Part shown: positions 55,038 through 64,000 of the stretch, one piece after another
Layout: the number at the start of each line of letters is the position of its first letter
Numbering within the stretch: the stretch's first letter is position 1
From: Octopus vulgaris
Taxonomy: Eukaryota
DNA: 64,000 nucleotides
NCBI GenBank assembly: GCA_951406725.2
Contig: OX597830.1
Location: 63,860,001 to 63,924,000, forward strand
Direction: 5' to 3'
The notes under the pieces: model-generated
The model's input: only the letters and a program-made list of their open reading frames with translations
What the model was told of the DNA's origin: nothing
Databases searched by the model: none
Made by a program: the position numbers and the translations under genes

Positions 55038-58000
55038 TGTATACACACACACATATAGATCAATCTGTAAATTTTGGTAGAAGGCCAGTAATTTTGAGAG
55101 GAAGGGCAAATCACTTTCACCAACCTCATTGGGATAAAAGGCATTGCTGACTTTGCCAAAATTTGAACTTAAAAAGTACAGCCAGAAGAAATTCCGTTAA
55201 GCACTGTATCTGATGCACTAACGGTTCTGCAATCTCACTGCCTAAATAATTATAATAATGGTTTCAAATTTTGGCAAAAGGCCAACAGCATTGGGAGAAG
55301 CAGGCAAGTCACTTACATGGGCCCTGGTACTTAACTGATACTTTATTTTATCAACCCTGAAAGAATGAAAGAAAAGGTCAACCCCAGCAGAATTTGAACT
55401 CAAAGCAATAAAGAACTGAAAGAAAAGTCACTCGGCATTTTGTCTGATGTGCTGACGAGTCTACCAGCTTAACAACAACTATGAATAATAAAATTAATAC
55501 ATACCCCATTTGCTTTTGATTGGCAAGGGGTAGTTTTCTCTTGCCATTTGTAGAAGGTTTAGTAGGAGTAGCGTTCGTGGGAATGCATCTATAGTGTTTG
55601 GACTGACAGATGAAACCTTGTTCTGAATAGCTTTTTGAAACAGATTCTTTTGGTGTTTTTTTGCTGTAAATGTGAAAAAACAAAAATTTCATTTTTACTT
55701 TCAGTTAAAACATATTTCATAATAAATGATGTAATTATTTCGAATATGTATATCGTTGTTATTATGCAAAAGTACCGTAAGCCCAAAACGTTGCTTTTTC
55801 AGAAAATGGAAAAATAGTTTTACCATTCCATAGCAAAACTGTTGTACTACACTTTGACAACTTTTGATATCTTGGCATCTGAAGTAGTTGGAAATACGAC
55901 AGTGTGACCAAAAGAACCGGCTATTGCAAAGGAAAATAAATATTGAAAAAAAAACACATTTGGCCAAATTTGGACATAAGACAGTTTAACATAATAGCAA
56001 CGATATATATATGGCATTACTCCTGGATAGCCAAAACCAACATGTTATACAAAAGAAAAAGGCATGGCTGTGTGGTTAGGGAGCTTGCTTCCTAGCTACA
56101 TGGTTTCGGGTTCAGTCCCACTATAGCCCCAAGCCGACTAAAGCTTTGTGATTGAATTCGGTAGGCAGAAGTTACTGCCGTGTGTGTATGTGTGCGTATA
56201 GCTGCTCAGTGCCTCTCCGAAAGAGAGAGAGGGGATATACACATACACACATATTAACCCTTTAGCATTCATATTAATGTCAAGTTTAATGCTTATCTAT
56301 TCATATTTTTAAAAATTAATTATGTATTATCTTGCAGCTGTGAGATTTCAATGATGTCATTGTTTATTGTTAGAATGACATTGTAGGGTAGGTGTGAGAG
56401 GCCAGATCTGGATGGTTTGAACATAAAACAGATAAAATATTTGGTCAGATACAGATATGGCTGATTTGAGTGCTAAAGGGTTGATGCTCGTTTTTATGTT
56501 AATTTACTTATAAGAATAATTCAACAGAAAACCGAAATATCATTCATTAATTTTTAGTAAAGTACATATTTATTGACTTTTACAAGTCGTCGTCATCATA
56601 CAAGCAATCTTTGTTTGTTTCCAATCTTCTATGAAGAACATGTCCATCCATGGGGAAATATTACCTTACTTGGAAACAGGTGAGAGTTGGCGACAGGTAG
56701 GGGCATAGAAGGGCTGAAGAAAAATCTGCCTCAACAAGTTCATTAAATTCCATCCGACCCATGAAAGCATGGAAAAGTGGATGATAAAACAATGATGATG
56801 ATATAACCAATTATACAAAAGCTGAAGCATGTCTTCGACAATTCCGAAGCATATTGAAATTATTTGGTGTGACTTTTGGCCCACCCTGAACAATGACTGT
56901 GGCAACAGTAAGGTTTGAACTTACAATACTGGTGCCAGTAGTCCACAAACTTAACCTCACAGCCATTAAAAAAAAAAAAAAAAAAAAAACAGTTGAAACA
57001 TTAATTACATGGAAATGACAACAAAAAAAAAAAAAGAAAAAAGAAATGAGAAACATGGTTGACACGTACTGCCATACTTGAAGAGTTGAATGCTGTTTAT
57101 TTGGACCTTGAAGAATTCACACTCTGTGCTAATTCCAAACTGAGCTGAACTTATCACTTCTGTAGCCTGTAAGAAATCCACAAAGAAGACATCTGAACCA
57201 GAGACTTTAATAATATTTATTTCTTTATTGCCCACAGGTGGGGGCTAAACATAGAGGGAACAAACAAGGACAGACAAAGGGATTAAGTAGATTACATCAA
57301 TCTCAGTACATGACTGGTACTTATTTAATCGACCCCCGAAAGGATGAAAGGCAAACAATGAAGAAGGGCCCTCTCTGTGGTTGTTTAACCTCCTAGAAAG
57401 AACAGCTTAAAACAAAGACAGGATGGTCATGGTGAGAATACTCCTCATTTATTGGTCTGCAAAAGTCAGGGCTAATTTGGTGGGGGCCAAACAACAATAA
57501 ACAACAAACCTTATTAAAATCTCTGCACACATTTGGGAAACAGCTGTGATATTTCTTGAAGTCTTTGATGCTGACAGATTTCAAAACTATGACAAAAGTG
57601 GAAGAGATCAATTGGCTGTATTTCAGTTCACACCACCTGAAAATATATCAGATCAATTTATTAATAACAAAAGCACTCATAGAACGCAGACCTCCACCAA
57701 GGCAACACCAACATCCTCTCAATGATTAGCCAGAGATGATTTTTAAAATGAGAATATCTGAAATAAGCTTGATTGCTCTCACAAACGAGAATACTAAATA
57801 TGAACCTGACTGCTCTCAAAAATCAAGTAAAAAAAACAGGAAAAATAATCCAGAATCCTTGTCCGGTACCAGATTGATCCCAAAATCTAATCCGTTCACT
57901 TCAGTCACGAGGCCATACATTCCTGAAAGTTTCATCCAAATCCATCCAGCAGTTCTTGAGATATCTTGTCCACGGTCAGACAAACAAGCAAATACAAGTG

Positions 58001-60719
58001 AAAACAATACCTCCACCTTAGTGAAGGTGGAGGTAATAACAACAATAATAATCCTTTCTACTATATGCACAAGGCCTGAGATTTTTGGGGGAGGGGATAA
58101 GTCGATTACATCAACCCCAGTGTGTAACTGGTACTTATTTCATCGACCCCGAAAGGATGAAAAGTGAAACCAGCTTTGGCAGAATCTGAACTCAGAATAT
58201 ACTTTTTTACTCTAGGCACAAAGCCTGATATTTTAGGGGATGGGGACCAATCGATTAGATCAACACCAGTATAAAACTGGTACTTAATTTATCAACCCTG
58301 AAAGGATGAAAGGCAAAGTCGACCTCAGTGGAATTTGAACTCAGAATATAAAGACAGACGAAATACCACTAAGCATTTCACCCGGCATGCTAACGTTTCT
58401 GCCAGCTCGCCACCTTAAATTATATTCTTTTCTATTCTAGGCACAAGGCCTGAAATTTCTGGGGAGGGGGTGTCGATTAGATCAACCCCAGCATGCAACT
58501 GGTACTTAATTTATCGACCCTGAAAGGATGAAAGGCAAAGTTGACCTCGGTGGAATTTGAAAGCAGAGCAAAAAGGCAGATGAAATGCTGCTAAGCATTT
58601 TGCCAGCTGACCACCTTAATAATAATAAATGCCATGATGCAATACCAGACGGTGGCACTCATGGCTTCTGACATTAACTGACTGGAAGTGTTATCATGTA
58701 CATGCTCTGTCTTAGTGTAAAAGATGGGCTACAACAAATACTCTGCTCAATACAGATTTGCTTGTCAGTTGCTTGATCATAAGCAGTTGAGCATGTCCCT
58801 TAGTGCCTGATGATATGTGCATCTTTGATCACAAGCAGGAGTAGTGGAAGGGCATTATAACCATGTTATTGAGAGGAATTCTTTGGTGTTTGAATAAGTC
58901 ACCTTTCGAAACACAGTAGTTTCATTCGTCATCCTTAAACAACCCTTATTCAGGGAACTTTTGAGCAGGATTGGCTACTTGACTTAAAGAAAATTCTAAC
59001 TGGGCCCCACCATCTGCAAGGTCATGTGTTGTTTATCTTGATACAAAATCACCATGTTGCACACATGGTTGTGATGCATGTGTCTGGTGTACCCTTATCA
59101 GACAGGTAGCTATGATGGATATATTAGGCTTCATATATTCATACCCCAGCATCACTTTGATGGCATGTGTTGCTCTCTTGCTCAATAAATAATAACATGA
59201 AGAAAATGAGGAAGGAACAAAGAAAACATTACATAGAAAAAAATTATAAGAGATACAGAAGAAATGAGAAGTATTGAATCTTGGAAATAGATACAAAATG
59301 GCTTTTTGAAGAAAGAAATACAAGGGTTGGTATTTGCACCCTGAAAATTGTCGTAAAAGTTGAATGAAGAAAAATATCAATAGCGAAAATGCATCAGAAA
59401 AATGTAATTGTGTAATGAAAGCGGCAAGTTAATCTTCCAGTTAACATCAGAATGGCCAAAAATAGCACCAACTGAATATAAGTTCAGACATGATGATGAA
59501 GTCTGGATCATCCATCTAAAAAAAGCTATGTTAGAAAAATGGTCTTATAAGTGAGTTCAGATGGAATAACCACAAACAACAAATAGTCAAGGAAAATACC
59601 AATGTTAAAATCTGGGACTGTAACATAAAGTCTGCCCGTGTGACAGAACACAGAAGGATCTAGGAGTAGTGGTGACTTAAGGGTGGTAACCCCATACTAA
59701 CCAAAACCCTTGAACTCCTAAGCTGGGACCTCAATACTGAATGTAGTTTAATGTCTTATCTCCAAGACAAATTACAGTATAATCAGAGAACTTCAGTTTC
59801 CAGATCAAGCAAATATCTCTCACAGCTCAATCAATGTTTGTGACCGTGTGTACTTTCGACATGGCAGTTTCTAATAGTTTTTGATTACTTCTGACCGTAA
59901 ACCAGATTTGTAATATAATCAAGATTTGAGAATGGTATGAACATTTTGAAATCTACCCACCTGAAACTAGTCATGTTCTATCACTAAAGCTTATTTTAAC
60001 CATCTAGCATTTTAACCGACCATATCCGGCCCAAATATTCTACCTTTTTTTGTGGAGAAAAATGACTAAATCTGGCCTATCACACCTATTCTACAATGTA
60101 ATTCTGAAAACAATCATCATTGAAATTTCAAAACTTTGAAATGATTAATTCAAAACAATCTGCCACGGTCGACTTTGCCTTTCATCCTTTTGGGGTTGAT
60201 AAATTAAGTACCAGTTGCGAGAACTGGGGTTGATCTAACTGACTGGCCTTTCAGGCCTTGTGCCTAGAGTAGAAAAGTTTATTTTGAAAATTAACTGAAA
60301 ACTCACTGAAACAAAGGCAGTGAATTTCAATAGCAGTGTAGTAACCAAAGAATGAATTACAGGTACCAGCCATGCTTGCAGAACCAAATATCTAACCAAA
60401 GGTTATATTTACTTAAGTTTCATGAAAATATTTCTAAGGATGGCCATGTAGTAATCAACAGAAATATGGTGACAAAAAGGTGAAGATGTGCTCAAGGAAC
60501 AACTATCTGTCCAACCAGAAGTAAAAATAAAATGTTACAATTACCAAAGAGAAGTGTCTATATTTACCTTGGCTTCATGCAAGCGTCTCCTTTAAGGACG
60601 GCATTAAGTATCAGCTGCTGAATATCGGTAATGAACAAAGACGGTGACTGAGATGGTGTGTCGGCTTTGGCATCTCCCACATCCAAACTGGGGAACTTGA
60701 GGTTAATTTGGGGGTAATT
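31478..60719 (-). CDS. REXO5: REXO5/NEF-sp-like DEDDh 3'-5' RNA exonuclease, multi-exon gene (12 coding exons found, 5' end not located)
   Basis: GT-AG exons join in phase: 60568-60719, 57510-57636, 57070-57166, 55505-55663, 52671-52756, 50266-50384, 46419-46557, 44273-44373, 40515-40603, 39944-40168, 35366-35562, 31478-31621 (1635 nt). Motifs: ExoI FGLDCEMC, ExoII LCGHSLNFDL, IDTS, ExoIII GHNSVEDA, plus REXO5-type N-terminal KPRWC and LL.L.QM..ENYPLP. Confidence 0.85.
32546..33232. repeat. 37-bp minisatellite, ~18-19 copies
   Basis: unit TTTTGTTATGGTACTGGAGTACTCAGGTATTGTACCA. Confidence 0.97.
33400..33890 (+). mobile_element. Degenerate Ty3/Gypsy pol (RT N-terminus) fragment
   Basis: broken frames: HHIKT, PDRLNI, SPLHV, LHGAQVFSKTDL.QVYHQIPVNPD, TPF..EF, TFQR..DDV. 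Confidence 0.75.
34008..34157. ncRNA. Inverted dimer with two degenerate hammerhead motifs (34014-34053 minus; 34112-34151 plus)
   Basis: ATTTC-CTGAAAA/CCGAAGA-A-GG..C(C/T)-GAAA-TA(T/C)T-G(G/A)AAT. Confidence 0.6.
34690..35064 (+). mobile_element. RTE-clade LINE 3' fragment with a 35-bp repeat (34729-34763 / 35030-35064)
   Basis: RWARHVAWLTDKRW...WYPRD..RPLG. Confidence 0.7.
35366..35562 (-). CDS. REXO5: REXO5-like exon (LVIDARSVID...SDEEIV...FMWLQL...ADIQ)
   Basis: strong pyrimidine tract + cag, CAG|gtaagc donor, phase-consistent. Confidence 0.8.
36585..37038 (+). mobile_element. RTE-tail-derived short repeat ending in (GAT)n with internal tandem ~68-bp units (many copies: 28250-28710, 39560-39900, 47540-47870, 49630-49895, 51650-52070, 61055-61340)
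   Basis: GTGGCACGTAAAAAGCACC repeated; tail AACCCATGCTAGCATGGAAA..CGTTAAA(TGA)n shared with the RTE 3' end at ~42400. Confidence 0.8.
37478..37698. mobile_element. piggyBac-like MITE
   Basis: TIR CCCTTTCGTTAC, TTAA on both sides. Confidence 0.88.
37763..38845. mobile_element. Inverted dimer A of tRNA-head + hammerhead element (HHR-like 37836-37878 minus, 38724-38766 plus), with nested 555-bp repeat
   Basis: arms are reverse complements; GACAC-CTGATGA-A-GGCTG..CAG(C/A)C-(G/A)AAA-CGTGTT. Confidence 0.8.
39944..40168 (-). CDS. REXO5: REXO5-like exon (IEFGDVIL...SFFDLLNEHQKK)
   Basis: ttccag / gtaagt; FGD motif after the nuclease domain. Confidence 0.82.
40515..40603 (-). CDS. REXO5: REXO5-like exon with ExoIII motif (IQTGDSGHNSVEDAAASLQLVQLKL)
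   Basis: ccttag / gtaagt; H..vED = DEDDh. Confidence 0.9.
40761..40927 (+). repeat. Pure (GAA)n tract, ~55 units
   Basis: visible. Confidence 0.98.
41150..42445 (+). mobile_element. RTE-clade LINE 3' portion, degenerate
   Basis: F.YLGD, RIRLGWAKFRELLPLL, MLHGSETW, LRWYGHV, RGAPRKTW; (GAT)n tail. Confidence 0.88.
44273..44373 (-). CDS. REXO5: REXO5-like exon (MFHPYVIDTSTIYN...KLKKLTEYFLG)
   Basis: ccacag / gtaagt; HP.VIDTS motif. Confidence 0.9.
45348..46373. mobile_element. Inverted dimer B of tRNA-head + hammerhead element (HHR-like 45392-45437 minus, 46249-46294 plus), with nested 555-bp repeat
   Basis: head-to-head tRNA-like heads meeting at ~45590; GACAC-CTGATAA-A-GGCTG..CAGCT-GAAA-CG-TT-GTGTT. 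Confidence 0.82.
46419..46557 (-). CDS. REXO5: REXO5-like exon with ExoII motif (YSGI...AILCGHSLNFDLDSLK)
   Basis: tgatag acceptor, AAG|gtcaca donor. Confidence 0.9.
48599..48649 (-). pseudogene. Duplicated 3' fragment of the ExoII exon (AILCGHSLNSDSDSLK + donor) inside the upstream intron
   Basis: 48579-48648 is near-identical to 46399-46468, including the gtcaca donor. Confidence 0.85.
50266..50384 (-). CDS. REXO5: REXO5-like exon (CKTSDGVYSLTRVSLV...DTLVKPKHKIIDYLFR)
   Basis: tttcag / gtaaga; REX1-family LTRVSLV, VKP, DYL motifs. Confidence 0.9.
52671..52756 (-). CDS. REXO5: REXO5-like exon with ExoI motif (SPIFGLDCEM)
   Basis: ctttag / gtgagt; DxE catalytic residues. Confidence 0.9.
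52854..53315. mobile_element. Two tandem piggyBac-like MITEs (52854-53074, 53095-53315)
   Basis: each TTAA-CCCTTTCGTTAC ... GTAAC(G/A)AAAGGG-TTAA. Confidence 0.88.
53817..54117. mobile_element. hAT MITE
   Basis: CAGGGG..CCCCTG termini; perfect 8-bp TSD CTCTAGAC. Confidence 0.9.
54502..54549 (+). ncRNA. Minimal type-I hammerhead ribozyme, core intact
   Basis: GTCT-CTGATGA-AA-GGATAT(cccta)ATATCC-CA-GAAA-CAGCTG-TA-AGAC. Confidence 0.8.
54735..54928. repeat. Near-perfect 91-bp inverted repeat, 12-nt loop; each arm carries a hammerhead-like motif (54760-54820 minus, 54843-54903 plus)
   Basis: 2 mismatches between arms; GATAA-CCGAAGA-GATG..CATC-T-GAAA-CTCAGAG-TT-TTATC. Confidence 0.9.
55505..55663 (-). 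CDS. REXO5: REXO5-like exon (...FPRTLLLLNLLQMARENYPLPIKSKW)
   Basis: ttacag / gtatgt; conserved YPLP motif upstream of ExoI. Confidence 0.82.
57070..57166 (-). CDS. REXO5: REXO5-like exon (ATEVISSAQFG...LFKYG)
   Basis: ttacag acceptor, gtacgt donor, phase 0 to 1. Confidence 0.72.
57510..57636 (-). CDS. REXO5: REXO5-like exon (WCELKYSQLISSTFVIVL...RDFNK)
   Basis: tttcag acceptor, AAG|gtttgt donor, phase-consistent. Confidence 0.8.
59290..59680 (+). mobile_element. Old R4/Dong-type LINE fragment (CCHC/RHD region)
   Basis: IAPTEYKFRHD, ENTNVKIWDCNIK..RVTEHRR. Confidence 0.65.
60568..60719 (-). CDS. REXO5: REXO5-like exon (NYPQINLKF...DIQQLILNAVLKGDACMKP)
   Basis: tgcag acceptor, AG|gtaaat donor; phase 2 end joins next exon to give KPRWC. 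Confidence 0.8.
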
Positions 60720-62274
60720 CTGCACAGCAACATGTGGTTACATGCAAAAGAGAATAACAAGAAAAATAACAATACAAACACTGTCAACTGCACATAAAGA
60801 AAGAAAAACATTAGCAGTTTGATAATATTCCTGTCAAGGAAACCTCAATATCAGCAATTCCAAACATGGGGACCTGCAAACCCTTGGAGACCTTCAACGT
60901 AAATACAGCTTTGGGGTCAAGGTCTATGAGCTGTATTTAAAATCATAAAAGGGTGACAGTGTAGATAAACCCTTTAGCATTCAAACTATTGTCAAATGTA
61001 ATGCTTATTTATTCACAATGTTTTGAATTAATCATGCATTATTTTATGGTTTCAAGCACCATCCGATTGTGGCCATTTGCCAGCCTCGTGTGGCACGTAA
61101 AAAGCACCATCCGACCGTGGCCGTTTGCCAGCCTCGTCTGGCACCTGTGTGGGTGGCACGTAAAAAGCACCCACTACACTCACAAAGTGGTTGGCATTCG
61201 GAAGGGCATCCAGCCGTAGAAACATTGCCAGATCAGACTGGGCCTGGTGCAGCCTTCTGGCTTCCCAGACCCCAGTTGAACCATCCAACCCATGCTAGCA
61301 TGGAAAGCGGACGCTAAACGATGATGATGATGATGATGATGAAAGACTGCAGGCTGGCAGAAATGTCTGCCATTACGTTCAGAGTTCAAATTCCACCAAG
61401 ATCAACTTTGCCTTTCTTCCTTTCGGGGTCGATAAATTACGTACCAGTTACGCACCGGGGTCAATGTAATCAACTTAACCCTTTTGTCTGTTCTTCTTTA
61501 TCCCCTCTATGTTTAGCCCCTTGTGGGCAATAAAAAAAATAAGCAACGTTAGCATGCCAGGTGAAATGCTTAGCAGTATTTCGTCTGTCTTTACATTCGG
61601 AGTTCAAATTCCGCCAAGGTTGACTTTGCCTTTCATCCTTTCAGGGTCAATAAATTAAGTACCAGTTGCGTACTGGGGGTTGATCTAATCAAGTGGGCCC
61701 CCCTCCCCCAAATTTTGGGCCTTGGGCCTAGAGTAGAAAAGATTATTTTATGGTTTCAAGATTTCAATGATGTGTCAGTAGATTTCTAGAATGGCATTGT
61801 AGGATAGGTGTGAGATGTTGGATCTAGTCACTTTTAACATAAAACAGGCAGAATATTTGGGCTGGATATGGCCAGGTTAAATGCTAAAGGATTAAATAAA
61901 ATGTGCAGTTAAGCAGTTACCTATAATTATTAAATCCTCACCATCATTTAAATGTCCACCTTTCCATGCTGGCATGAGTGAGATAGAATTTCTTGAGACA
62001 GATTTTCCACAGCGAGATGCCCTTCCTGATGCCAGCCTTCACTTGTTTCCAAGCAAGGTGATATTTCCTCATGGCCAGACATGTCTTTGTGGAAGATTGG
62101 AAGCAAGCAGCACAGCTTGTATGATGGTGACACTCATTTACAACGATCACGTAACATCAAGTTATCAAGAAACAGACACACAGATCTCAAACACATGATG
62201 GGTCTCCATTCAATATGCATCTACCAAAATTCATGGACAAGCTTCTTAACCATACAGCCATGCCTGTGCCTACA

Positions 62275-62570
62275 TAATCATTCAGTTGAGATCAACCCTG
62301 ACACCTGGGAAACGCAAGCACAAGACCACCATGCCTGGCAAAGCTGCACCAACAGAGGTGTCACCTTCTACGAACAGAACAAGATTGTAGGGGCACAAAG
62401 AGAATGCAAGATGTGCAAGTCCAGAGCTAAACCCTTGCCTTCAGTCTCAATAAACCACCAGCACCCGACCTGTGGAAGAGCCTTCCAATCATGCATTGGA
62501 CAGATTGACCACAGCCAGGCACACCATGCCCTGACTTCTTCACCTGTGTATTGTCTTTGGTCATAACTGA
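62275..62570 (+). mobile_element. RTE/BovB-type LINE C-terminal fragment
   Basis: INPDTWETQAQDHHAW...PTCGRAFQSCIGQIDH. Confidence 0.75.
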
Positions 62571-63228
62571 TAATGACAGATATAATAATAAAAATTAAAA
62601 TGGTGACCCCCTTCGGTCAGACACTGACCATGGGTTTGCACCTAGAGAGTTACTCTCTGAGGCACAAGTCTGGGCAAGGTTGTTTTATGGAAGACCAGCA
62701 GTCGCCCATGCATACCGGCCTCCCCTCTCCACGTCACTGATGTCCAAGGGAAAAGCAAGGGCCGATACAGCTTAGCACCAGTGACGTCACAACTCATTTC
62801 TACAGCTGAGTGAACTGGAGCAACGTGAAATAAAGTGTCTTGCTCAAGAACACAATGCGTAGCCCGGTCTGGGATTCAAGCTCACAACCTCACGATCATA
62901 AGCTCGACGTTCTAACCACTGAGCCACGTGCCTTCACAAAAAAAAATTAAAATAATAATGATAATAATAATAATAATAATAATAATAATGGTTTCAAATT
63001 TTGCAACAAGGGTAGCAATCTTGGGTGGGGGTGGGGGGATGAGTTGATTACATTGACCCAGTACTCAACTGGAACTTATTTCATCGACCCTGAAAGGATG
63101 AAATGCAAAATTGACCTTGGCAGAATTTGAACTCAGAATGCAGCAGCAGAAGAAATACCGCTAAGCATTTCACCTAGCGTGCTAACGATTCTGCCAGCTT
63201 GCCAACTTAATAATGATAATAATAATTA

Positions 63229-63815
63229 TTTCGTTTATTGGCCACAAGGGCTAACAAAAATCAATTATAACATTTAGGGACAAAACATAGGATGAAAGTT
63301 ACAAAGGGTTTTTATCCGTTTGAAAAATCCGTGTAAAAAACAGTGTAACAATAAAAAAATATTTAACAATGAAAAACTCCCAAAAGGGGGAGGTGCTTCG
63401 AAAGGTTACTCATGGAAAAACCCATAAAAGCCACGGTCAAAAGGGGGGTAGAGAGCCCCTTTCTCCTTTTGTAATACCTTTTTATATTACAGGTTTATCT
63501 TCAGAATTGGTCCGTTCATACTGGCCATTCTTGCGACATTCCCCCACCTTTCAATAAACTTGCTACCAGACAGAACTTCCCTCTCTACTCTCACCTTCCT
63601 TTTCAAGTGAAACTTGAAAAAGTTCATGAGGCCTTGGCCAAAGAGGAAAGTGTCTGACCTTAGCCCTTTCAAACGGGTCCACCATATCACCTCTTTCGTT
63701 ACAGCCACTAGGCAAAGGAAAACTGCCTTGCCCTCCTGGCTAAAGGAGGTCGGCGGGGCAATCCTCACTATGGATTCAGTTGATAGCTGGATCCGTCCTA
63801 TACGCGACAGTAAGT
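63229..63815 (-). mobile_element. 3' end of Tx1/L1-clade LINE, relative of 22290-23190
   Basis: ESIVRIAPPTSF..EG.AVF..LVAV.KEVIWWTRLKGL..FFKFHLKRKVRVER. Confidence 0.8.
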
Positions 63816-64000
63816 CTGTCTTTGTCAAGTTCAAAATAAGAAGTGATAAAAATTCAAAATTATTGAATCACGCTCTTCGTCTTGACTGCTTACCTTTATG
63901 AAGAGCTACGTCAATCCTTTTTAAAATACCAGAACCAAGTAGATTGAGATGATTGATTTTATGGTACACAGAATAAGAATTGGATCATTCTGGAAGTTAT

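Noticed and set aside
63894-64000. Possible upstream REXO5 exon with AAG|gtaagc donor (minus)
   Set aside because: The phase-0 frame needed to join 60719 has a TAG near the donor, and the other frames also contain stops; could be UTR but unsupported.

Overview
Repeat-dense, AT-rich eukaryotic genomic DNA, most likely a coleoid cephalopod (Octopus-type SINE families; taxon inferred, not proven). One host gene: a minus-strand REXO5/NEF-sp-like DEDDh 3'-5' RNA exonuclease. I traced 12 phase-consistent coding exons by hand (60719 down to the stop at 31478; 545 codons); the N-terminal exon(s) were not found. The rest is TE debris: R4/Dong-type RLE LINEs, Tx1/L1, RTE, Gypsy RT, a Penelope GIY-YIG remnant, mariner, hAT/piggyBac MITEs, DINE-like Helentrons, many tRNA-SINEs, microsatellites, a 37-bp minisatellite and a 6.8-kb near-pure A/T tract. 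The main non-obvious signal is at least six unrelated short repeat families carrying minimal type-I (Penelope-style) hammerhead ribozyme motifs, often as inverted dimers and mostly beside (TA)n tracts. One is a chimera of a tRNA/Pol III head and a hammerhead tail, i.e. a candidate Penelope-mobilised SINE. All folds and alignments were done by eye.
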